Part shown: in pieces, positions 56,727 to 64,000 of the stretch | How positions within the stretch are numbered: the stretch's first letter is position 1 | Layout: each line of letters begins with the position of its first letter | Source: Candidatus Kapaibacteriota bacterium | GTDB taxonomy: Bacteria > Bacteroidota > Ignavibacteria > Kapaibacteriales > Kapaibacteriaceae | Assembly (NCBI GenBank): GCA_046595995.1 | Contig: JBKJNB010000037.1 | Location: 21,403 to 85,402, forward strand | Direction: 5' to 3' | Length of the DNA: 64,000 bases | Notes under the pieces: generated by a model | Databases searched by the model: none | What the model saw: only the letters and a program-made list of their open reading frames with translations | Told to the model about the DNA's origin: nothing | Program-made: the position numbers and the translations under genes

Positions 56727-57851
56727 ATGAGCCTGACTGTGCGCGCGCTGGCGCCTGACGACACAATGCCGTTTATCAAGGCGCAGTGGCAGTTCTATAA
56801 GGACGACCCGAACTGGGTTGCGCCTATGATCATGGATCGGAAAAAGCTCCTCAACCAGAAGGTTAATCCGTTCTTCAAGCATGCAGAGATGCAGCTATTT
56901 CTTGCGGAACGCGACGGTAAAGTCGTCGGCCGCATAGCCGCGATTACAAACGCACTGCACAACGAGGCTCACCACGACAAACTCGGCTTCTTTGGATTCT
57001 TTGAATGCCAACACGATCAGGGTGTGGCCACATCGTTGTTCAGCGTTGCAGAGCAATGGCTGCGCGACCGCGGTATGACCCACGTTCGCGGTCCGGTAAA
57101 TCCTTCCATGAACGACGAGGCGGGCCTGCTTGTCCATGGCTTTGACGGCGCACCTGTCATTCTCATGACCTACAACCCGCCGTACTACGAACAACTCATT
57201 CTGGGAGGGGGCTTCAAGGCAGTTAAGGATCTTTACGCCTACCTGCTACAAGGCCCCAAGTGGATGACAGACAAGATGCAGCGCATGCAGAGTATCGTGA
57301 TTGAACGCAATCAGGTCACGTTCCGCAATGTCGAGCTAAAGAACAAAGCCGGTTTTAAGCGCGACGTCCGTACTCTAAAAGAGATCTACAACGCTGCTTG
57401 GGAACCGAATTGGGGTTTCGTGAAGATGACGGACGAGGAATTTGATTTTCTCGCGGCTGACCTCAAACAGATTGCAGACCCCGACTACGTCTTCCTTGTT
57501 GAGAGCAAGGGCAAAATTGCTGGCTTCTGCCTGGCACTGCCCGATATCAACCAATCGTTAAAACACAATCGGAGTGGAGGCACACTTACAGGTGTGTTTC
57601 ACTTACTCACAAAGAAGAAGAAGGTAGATCTCATCCGCATTATTGTTCTCGGACTACTACCTGAGTTTCAGGGCAAAGGCATCGATGCTGCTATCTATCA
57701 CGAGATTGGTGCACGAGGAGCTGCGAAAGGCATCCACAAAGGTGAGGCATCGTGGATTCTCGAAGACAATGTGATGATGAACCGCGGCCTTCAGACTGTT
57801 ATGAATGGCGACCGCTACCGAACCTATCGTTTGTACGAAAAGAGACTTTAA
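56727..57851 (+). CDS. Tandem-GNAT acyltransferase of the YghO / bacterial ceramide synthase-like family
   Basis: FYKDDPNWVAPM...NPFFKHAEMQLFLAERDGKVVGRI, FGFFEC, GPVNPSMNDEAGLL, YNPPYY, FNAAW..NWGF, acetyl-CoA motif FQGKGI and SWILEDN. Confidence 0.7.
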   Translation: MSLTVRALAPDDTMPFIKAQWQFYKDDPNWVAPMIMDRKKLLNQKVNPFFKHAEMQLFLAERDGKVVGRIAAITNALHNEAHHDKLGFFGFFECQHDQGVATSLFSVAEQWLRDRGMTHVRGPVNPSMNDEAGLLVHGFDGAPVILMTYNPPYYEQLILGGGFKAVKDLYAYLLQGPKWMTDKMQRMQSIVIERNQVTFRNVELKNKAGFKRDVRTLKEIYNAAWEPNWGFVKMTDEEFDFLAADLKQIADPDYVFLVESKGKIAGFCLALPDINQSLKHNRSGGTLTGVFHLLTKKKKVDLIRIIVLGLLPEFQGKGIDAAIYHEIGARGAAKGIHKGEASWILEDNVMMNRGLQTVMNGDRYRTYRLYEKRL

Positions 57852-57878
57852 CACTCGACTGCACGAACTGAGACTATC

Positions 57879-58595
57879 ATGGGAAGAGCATTTGAATTCC
57901 GTCGCGCCCGCAAAGAAAAACGGTGGGCTGGCATGGCGAAAACGTTTACGCGTATCGGGCGTGAGATCTCGATAGCCGTGAAAACGAACGGACCCGACCC
58001 GGATATCAATCCGAGACTACGTGTTGCAATGCAGAACGCCAAGTCGGCAAACATGCCTAAGGACAATGTCGAAGCCGCAATCAAAAAAGCTTCGAGCAAA
58101 GAAACTGCAGACCTCGAAGAAATCAACTATGAGGGCTATGCGCCTCACGGTGTCGCCGTATGGGTCGAGACAGCCACCGATAATCCAACACGTACGGTGG
58201 CTAACGTCAGATCCTATTTCAACAAGCTCAACGGCTCACTTGGTACAACCGGCTCGCTTCAGTTCATATTCGATCGCAAAGGCGTGTTTACAATTCCGCT
58301 TGCAGGCGTGAATCGCGACGATCTGGAATTGCTCCTCATCGAGAATGGGGTAGATGACATTCAAGAGCTTGAAGACGACGTCATAGCCTACTCATCCTTC
58401 GCCGACTTTATCACAGTGCAGCATGCTTTAGACGGTGCTGGGATAACAGTAATAAGTGCAGAGCTTCGCCGAGTGCCGAACAACATTGTATCGCTGTCCG
58501 ACGAGCAAGCAGAAGACGTCATTAAGTTGATTGACCGCATTGAGGAAGATGATGACGTGCAAAACGTCTTTCACAACATGAACGAGAACGAATAA
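57879..58595 (+). CDS. yebC: YebC/PmpR family protein
   Basis: MGRAFEFRRARK, NPRLR, NMPKDN, YEGYAPHG, TDNPTRT and DDDVQNVFHN. Confidence 0.96.
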   Translation: MGRAFEFRRARKEKRWAGMAKTFTRIGREISIAVKTNGPDPDINPRLRVAMQNAKSANMPKDNVEAAIKKASSKETADLEEINYEGYAPHGVAVWVETATDNPTRTVANVRSYFNKLNGSLGTTGSLQFIFDRKGVFTIPLAGVNRDDLELLLIENGVDDIQELEDDVIAYSSFADFITVQHALDGAGITVISAELRRVPNNIVSLSDEQAEDVIKLIDRIEEDDDVQNVFHNMNENE

Positions 58596-58596
58596 C

Positions 58597-60057
58597 ATGT
58601 GCGGAATCGTTGGAGTATTCAACCATCCTCAGGCATCGGTGCTTACGTACTATGCCCTCCACGCACTGCAACATCGGGGGCAGGAAGCGTCGGGCATTGT
58701 AACACTGTACTACGACGAAGCAAAGCGTAAACAGCGATTCGGTGTTCACAAAGGCGAAGGACTAGTCCTTGATGTGTTCTCTGAGCACTCGCTGTTCACT
58801 TCAAAGCTGCAAGGCACTTCGGCAATCGGGCATAATCGCTACAGCACAACCGGAAGCAATTCGCTGGCGAACATCCAGCCGTTTCACTTCAATTACTCGC
58901 AGGGCAACTTTGCGTTGTCCCACAATGGCAATCTCACGAACACACGAGCACTGCGGAACAGGCTTAAGGACGAGGGTTCGATTTTTCAGACCACAACGGA
59001 CAGTGAAATTTTCCTGCATCTGATTGCTCGGAGCCGTCAGCCCACACAGATACAACAGATTCAGGAAGCAGTTCGCGAAACGCGTGGCGCCTATTCACTC
59101 GTGATGTTGTCTGAGCATGGTCTGTACGCGTCGAGAGACCCTCATGGCTTCAGACCCTTATGTATCGGCCGCATAAAACACGATGATGGCTACGCTTATG
59201 TGGTAGCATCCGAGTCATGTGCACTTGACATTTTGAGTGCAGAGTACCTGCGCGACGTCGAACACAATGAGATTCTTGTGATGGACGAGAGGACTAAGAA
59301 AACTGGCGAGTTTACTTCGCACTTTATCTCTGATTCGATGGAAGAGTCGCGGCACTGCATCTTCGAGTACGTCTACTTCTCACGTCCAGATAGCACCATC
59401 TTCGGTCACCCCGTCGACAAAGTGCGTCGCAAGCTCGGCAAGAATCTTGCTGAAGAGAGTCCAGTGGGCGGAGTCGACGAAGACAAAGTAATTGTCATTG
59501 CTGTACCTGATTCTGGTAACACTGCCACGCTCGGTTATGCCCGTGTGAATGAGAAACGATTTCCGACGCGATACGAAATCGGCCTCATCCGTTCGCACTA
59601 TGTAGGACGAACCTTTATTGCGCCGGGGCAGGACAAGCGTGAGTTTAAGGTTAAGACGAAGTTCAACGTTGTACGCGGAGTACTCGAAGGCAAGAAGGTT
59701 GTGCTCGTCGATGATTCAATCGTCCGCGGCACTACCTCGCGGTCGCTCGTGAAGCTCATCAGAGAGGCTGCGAAGCCTCGTGAAGTACACATGCGGATAA
59801 CATCGCCGCCTGTGCGTTTTCCGTGTATGTATGGCATGGACTTCCCTAGTCGCGACGAGCTCATCGCTAATCAGTATCCGAACGAAGATGCAATTGCGGA
59901 GACGCTTGGTGTCGACTCACTAAAGTACCTTAGTGTACCGGGCCTCATGGATGCTGTGCCGCATTCGCCAGGTACCGACTATTGCACAGCGTGCTTCACC
60001 GGACTGTATCCCGTGCCCGTGGAATACGTTGCTGATACTACCGGTCTGGACGATTGA
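58597..60057 (+). CDS. purF: Amidophosphoribosyltransferase, [4Fe-4S] type, no propeptide
   Basis: MCGIVG (Ntn Cys), LQHRGQE, GHNRYST, HNGNL and VDDSIVRGTT. Four cluster cysteines in CIFEY, PCMYG and CTACF. Confidence 0.97.
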   Translation: MCGIVGVFNHPQASVLTYYALHALQHRGQEASGIVTLYYDEAKRKQRFGVHKGEGLVLDVFSEHSLFTSKLQGTSAIGHNRYSTTGSNSLANIQPFHFNYSQGNFALSHNGNLTNTRALRNRLKDEGSIFQTTTDSEIFLHLIARSRQPTQIQQIQEAVRETRGAYSLVMLSEHGLYASRDPHGFRPLCIGRIKHDDGYAYVVASESCALDILSAEYLRDVEHNEILVMDERTKKTGEFTSHFISDSMEESRHCIFEYVYFSRPDSTIFGHPVDKVRRKLGKNLAEESPVGGVDEDKVIVIAVPDSGNTATLGYARVNEKRFPTRYEIGLIRSHYVGRTFIAPGQDKREFKVKTKFNVVRGVLEGKKVVLVDDSIVRGTTSRSLVKLIREAAKPREVHMRITSPPVRFPCMYGMDFPSRDELIANQYPNEDAIAETLGVDSLKYLSVPGLMDAVPHSPGTDYCTACFTGLYPVPVEYVADTTGLDD

Positions 60058-60701
60058 TGGATCCAGAAGCAAGCCAGCTGCCACCGTCGCGCAAGAACTC
60101 ATGGTTATTCGTTTACGGCATGTTTGCAACGCTCGTCGTTGTGGCATTGGTGTTAACGGTGCTCTACAGACAGACAACAAAGCCTTCGCAGGTCTTGCAG
60201 AAGGAACGCATGCGCAATGCTACGCGCACGACGTATGCAATCGTGTTCTCGAAAGTGCCGTCGCCGATTGCTGATACCATCGTCAATTACATCACGCGTG
60301 AAGTTGGTGCTGACAGCATGACCACTGATCTCGTCTTGGGCACCACTGTCACCGACCCGTGGTGCGCTACGGTTGGCGAGTATCGCACAATGCTGCACAA
60401 AGCCATGCGCGAGACAGGCGACATGCGCATTGGCGACCAGACGCTCATTGTTTCGAAGGTGGCGGGGATACTGCTAAAGAATGAGCATACATCGACAATC
60501 TACTTCATTGGTACGCTCACGGGCAACGAATTAGGTCGGGTGGGTCGCAGGACAGAACAATCTGCAAGCGCAATGAAGACGCGGTCACAGTTAATGGGTC
60601 CGGTACGCATCGTCTCGATGCTTCAGCCCCCTGACAGCCCCATACACAAGGAGTATCTCGATATCTACCGCAAGGTTGGACTCGAGGTAGTGTCGCAGTA
60701 G
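60054..60701 (+). CDS. Hypothetical single-pass membrane protein
   Basis: One N-terminal hydrophobic helix followed by a soluble alpha/beta-looking domain. ATG overlaps the purF stop. Confidence 0.6.
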   Translation: MMDPEASQLPPSRKNSWLFVYGMFATLVVVALVLTVLYRQTTKPSQVLQKERMRNATRTTYAIVFSKVPSPIADTIVNYITREVGADSMTTDLVLGTTVTDPWCATVGEYRTMLHKAMRETGDMRIGDQTLIVSKVAGILLKNEHTSTIYFIGTLTGNELGRVGRRTEQSASAMKTRSQLMGPVRIVSMLQPPDSPIHKEYLDIYRKVGLEVVSQ

Positions 60702-60726
60702 TCGGCCGATGCGAGTTTCGCGCATT

Positions 60727-62061
60727 CTACTTCGCGATGATCACAATCTCTGTGCGTCTGTTTAGACCGCGGCCAAATTCTGTGGCGTTGTCTGCGATAG
60801 GACGTGTAGGGCCCAGACCAACAGTTTGAATGCGTTTGGGTTCTACTCCGCGTTGCACGATATAAGCCTTAGCGCTTTCGGCACGTGCCAGAGATAAGGC
60901 CTTATTGATGCGGATGGACCCGGTATTGTCTGTGTGACCTTCTACGCGGACGACAACTGCTGGACGGCTCTTCATGAAATCGATCAAGACGTCGAGCTCC
61001 TCGACTTTGTCGCCCAACAATGCACTGTTCACCTGAAAGAGAAGGTTCTCGATAATGAACTTGCGTCCGATTTCAACAATCGGAATGATCTGTCGAACGA
61101 GCTCGCGCTTCTTGTCATCGAGAATGGCAACATTAATTGAATCTCTAATCACCTTCGAATCAGTACTGTACGTTACAGCGTACAGATTCGTGAGTTGTGA
61201 TGAGTATTGATCAAGGATCGCAGAGAACGGTCGCTTGATATCGAAGATCGCGCCACGCGTAGCATCAGCCATTTGCGAGTATAGTTCAAGTGAACTAGGC
61301 ACGATGCAGAACAATCTTACTCGGTTCTCACGAAGTTGCTCTATCATCGTTTCAGTAGTCATGTACGATCGACCGTTACCCCGCTCCCCAAACTGATGAT
61401 AGGGCGCATCGGTAATGATAACGGCTACTCTATTGGCTGCAGGATTCCACTTTGTCTTTGTGGCCTCGCGAATTGCCTCGAGGGCGTTTTCCTTTTCATC
61501 GAATCCGCCCGTAGCGTACACCGTATTGAGCCATGACAGAAAGACCTTTACGTCGGACGTGGGCTGGTACACCTTTTCGGTGATGTCGCTGAAAAGTATC
61601 AGTCCAAGCCGGTATTCGATACCACGTGCGCTGAGTGCATGAACAAACGTCTCGACGTTGTTCTTCACGCCATTGATGTATTGCTGCATTGTCCCGGTCA
61701 CGTCCACGATAAAGACGAAGTCTACAGGGATGCGCTCTGAGATTGTAATCTTTTCTACCGACAGAACAGGTTTGGGTACCCCGTTCTCCACTACGGTAAG
61801 GGTCTTGGGGTCGATTGTCTCAAACGCACGAGCCGAATCGTCGATCATCTCGACGATTAGCTTGATCTTAGGGAATCGCGTGATGTCTACGTTCTGAATG
61901 GTCATCTTCAGACCTGTCGTAGACGATCGTACTCTAGCGTCTTCAGCAGAGCGCTTTGCCTTCGCCAGAGAGTCAGTGTCTTGTTGTGCAACGCAAAGAA
62001 CGTTTAACAGAAGACACGACAGCAGGACAGCAAAGCGTGTCCTGCCGGCGAAACCAGTCAT
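60727..62061 (-). CDS. Exported vWA-domain plus OmpA-family protein
   Basis: Signal peptide, MIDAS-like FIVDVTGTM ... DEKEN ... ITDA, and OmpA-like FQVNSA...EGHTDNTG...NKALSLARAESAK...NRRTEI. ATG 62061 preferred. Confidence 0.88.
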   Translation of the reverse strand: MTGFAGRTRFAVLLSCLLLNVLCVAQQDTDSLAKAKRSAEDARVRSSTTGLKMTIQNVDITRFPKIKLIVEMIDDSARAFETIDPKTLTVVENGVPKPVLSVEKITISERIPVDFVFIVDVTGTMQQYINGVKNNVETFVHALSARGIEYRLGLILFSDITEKVYQPTSDVKVFLSWLNTVYATGGFDEKENALEAIREATKTKWNPAANRVAVIITDAPYHQFGERGNGRSYMTTETMIEQLRENRVRLFCIVPSSLELYSQMADATRGAIFDIKRPFSAILDQYSSQLTNLYAVTYSTDSKVIRDSINVAILDDKKRELVRQIIPIVEIGRKFIIENLLFQVNSALLGDKVEELDVLIDFMKSRPAVVVRVEGHTDNTGSIRINKALSLARAESAKAYIVQRGVEPKRIQTVGLGPTRPIADNATEFGRGLNRRTEIVIIAK

Positions 62062-62069
62062 TGTGAACC

Positions 62070-63467
62070 TCAGAAGTTGAAGCGTAGGACCGGCGAAATC
62101 ATAAAGAAATTTCTGATCTCGAACGGATACGCAGCGCGAACAGGAGTAGAGAAACGGCCTTCGATGTACAGCCAATCGCCGACCAGCGGCAGGTACACCC
62201 GACTCAGCAATATCTGGTTGGAGTACTGAATGCTAAAACCGAACGGAAACGAGTTCTGATTGCGGTATTCAAGCTTCGCATAGATCCAATCCAACGCCGT
62301 TTGTGGGCGCCATGTTCGTAGCTCCTTCACATCCATAGCGAGGAAGGCACGTCCACCTGCTGCAGAGTCTATGAACAACGCCGCTTCACGAGTTTCTGCA
62401 TAGCTCACACCGACGTCCGCACGGATAAAATTCTCTGGATTTTTCGGATCGAGCCACCAATTATAGAACGCTGTGACTTGACCAGTAGACCGCAGGATTG
62501 CTACAGTTGCAATCGGGTCGAACGAGTAGTTGTCTGAGAATAGAATACGGTTTTCGGCTATTTGCAACTGGTGATACGTTTTAGGATCGATGTCAACAGA
62601 GTTGCTGATGCGCTGAAGTGGCAACTCCATGTTAATCGAAAGACCTGCCGGAGCATGGAATGGCATGTAGAAATCGAGTCCACCAACGAACTTGCCACCA
62701 TAACCCGAGTTGAGCTTGCGAGGAGTGATGAAGTCAAGCAGGCGATTCTGTCCTTCGAGTCCACCAGTAATCCTATAACCCACACCAAGGTGTGCGTTAA
62801 TCAAGTATGGAATGGCGCGACGATACTCTGGGTCGAGGTTTTCATATAGCGGCCGTTGTAGCACAACATTTCCTTCGCCCGATTCCCAATAGGTGTAACC
62901 AACGCGATCGGTGCCAAGTGCCGATTTAATCCAGAATCCAGTACTGCCGACTTTCAGCGTCTGCTCAAACGCCGAAAGCGTGAAGGCATGTCGAACGTTT
63001 GTTGGCCGGCTGAAATCGATAATGGCATCAATCTGGGGCGATGAAGGGGGCTGCGACGGCGGAATTTCCACGTAGCAGTAGGGGCGCTTTGGATCGGCAA
63101 TGCGGAAAGAGAGTTTCTTCATGTTGGAAGAAATCTCTGAGGCCACCATACGCTCGCTACCGCACTCGATGAGGATGAGTTCGAACTCAGGATCAATCTC
63201 GCCGATCTTTACCGGAGCTGACGTTACGACAATGTTCTTTGCATCAAGGTTTTCTTTTCGAAAACCCATCAGTGCAAACGTTTGGGTAATCTGAACCTGA
63301 AGATCTGGTTCGCAAATCTTCCAGCGTGGGAAGTACTGAAGAATTTCAGGGTCGATAGTCTTGAGTGCCGTCAAAACCGAATCTTGGGTTGACTGAGCCG
63401 ATGCGTGTGTTGTACCTAGAGCTACAACCGTGAGCACGCCGAGGATCAACCGGGTCATTGTAGACAT
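62070..63467 (-). CDS. Uncharacterised outer-membrane protein (predicted beta-barrel with a Cys-containing N-terminal domain)
   Basis: Signal peptide ...TTHASA|Q, amphipathic strands and C-terminal LRFNF (BAM-type terminal Phe). AAGGA upstream. Confidence 0.65.
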   Translation of the reverse strand: MSTMTRLILGVLTVVALGTTHASAQSTQDSVLTALKTIDPEILQYFPRWKICEPDLQVQITQTFALMGFRKENLDAKNIVVTSAPVKIGEIDPEFELILIECGSERMVASEISSNMKKLSFRIADPKRPYCYVEIPPSQPPSSPQIDAIIDFSRPTNVRHAFTLSAFEQTLKVGSTGFWIKSALGTDRVGYTYWESGEGNVVLQRPLYENLDPEYRRAIPYLINAHLGVGYRITGGLEGQNRLLDFITPRKLNSGYGGKFVGGLDFYMPFHAPAGLSINMELPLQRISNSVDIDPKTYHQLQIAENRILFSDNYSFDPIATVAILRSTGQVTAFYNWWLDPKNPENFIRADVGVSYAETREAALFIDSAAGGRAFLAMDVKELRTWRPQTALDWIYAKLEYRNQNSFPFGFSIQYSNQILLSRVYLPLVGDWLYIEGRFSTPVRAAYPFEIRNFFMISPVLRFNF

Positions 63468-63490
63468 GTCTCGTGTTCCTTAGTGCGTGA

Positions 63491-64000
63491 TCAAAAATTG
63501 AAAATGAAACGAAGAGCAGGCATAACAACGGCGTTGTTTTCCCAGATGCGTGCTTCGCGGAAGACCGGCGTGAACACACGCACGTCTGCGCGAACAGCGA
63601 AGCTCTCAATAATCGGCACCTGAAGCCACGCCGATCCTAAAATCGTTTCATCGAAGTACGACAGCGAAAATCCGACAGGTGTAGACCAGCCGGTAGTCAT
63701 GAAGTCTACACGTCCGGAGATGCCACCAATAGTTTCGGTGTCGAGCTTCTTGTATATCGTCTTTGGTTCCTCAGAGGCTGAGTCTGGCACAGTGCCCCAC
63801 GTTTCCATGTTGTACACGGTACCGCCGAGACGAAGTCTGAACATAAAGTCTTTGTCGATTTTCGTTGCAAACGAATACTGCATCGAACCGTGAAAACGCA
63901 CCATGTAATCGTGAAAGCGCTGTTTGTCTGGATCGAATGTCGGGTGATCTGATTTAGCTGCATCATCGAACACGTACGAACCGGATACATTGAAGACGCC
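63491..64000 (-). CDS. 3' part of an outer-membrane beta-barrel paralogous to 62070-63467 (5' end outside the window)
   Basis: The frame stays open to 64000 (GVFNVSGSYVFDD...) and ends in LRFIFNF. It aligns by eye with the C-terminus of the next gene. Confidence 0.65.
   Translation of the reverse strand, partial: GVFNVSGSYVFDDAAKSDHPTFDPDKQRFHDYMVRFHGSMQYSFATKIDKDFMFRLRLGGTVYNMETWGTVPDSASEEPKTIYKKLDTETIGGISGRVDFMTTGWSTPVGFSLSYFDETILGSAWLQVPIIESFAVRADVRVFTPVFREARIWENNAVVMPALRFIFNF

Noticed and set aside
1-64000. tRNA, rRNA, tmRNA or riboswitch genes
   Set aside because: Intergenic gaps are mostly under 100 bp and none showed a cloverleaf or known aptamer by eye. An Infernal/Rfam scan would be decisive.

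Overview
Gene-dense 64-kb chromosomal segment with about 49 CDS, two of them truncated by the window edges. It comes from an FCB-group bacterium: six proteins carry type IX secretion (T9SS) C-terminal sorting domains, and Bacteroidota-type TAnnTTTG promoter elements are present. A Kapabacteria/Ignavibacteria-like host is my inference, not a database result. Housekeeping genes (clpC, dnaX, upp, ftsE, dapB, dnaA, tatC, ispB, purK, acpS, prfB with its programmed +1 frameshift, yggS, yebC, purF) are interleaved with secreted hydrolases and uncharacterised outer-membrane proteins. I found no rRNA, tRNA, CRISPR array, transposase or integrase. Best leads: (1) an intact TatD nuclease with no stop codon of its own, reading through an internal signal peptide into an outer-membrane beta-barrel; (2) an AAA+/winged-helix ATPase preceded by four phased 14-bp palindromic repeats; (3) two paralogous beta-barrel genes upstream of a vWA-OmpA gene; (4) a T9SS-secreted heme-c/copper monooxygenase; (5) an in-frame duplication of the prfB 3' end that gives a second UAA; (6) G-quadruplex-competent tandem arrays in two intergenic regions; (7) a barrel-P11LP15-OmpA protein coupled to a large T9SS cargo. 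All calls come from motif recognition by eye; no searches were run.
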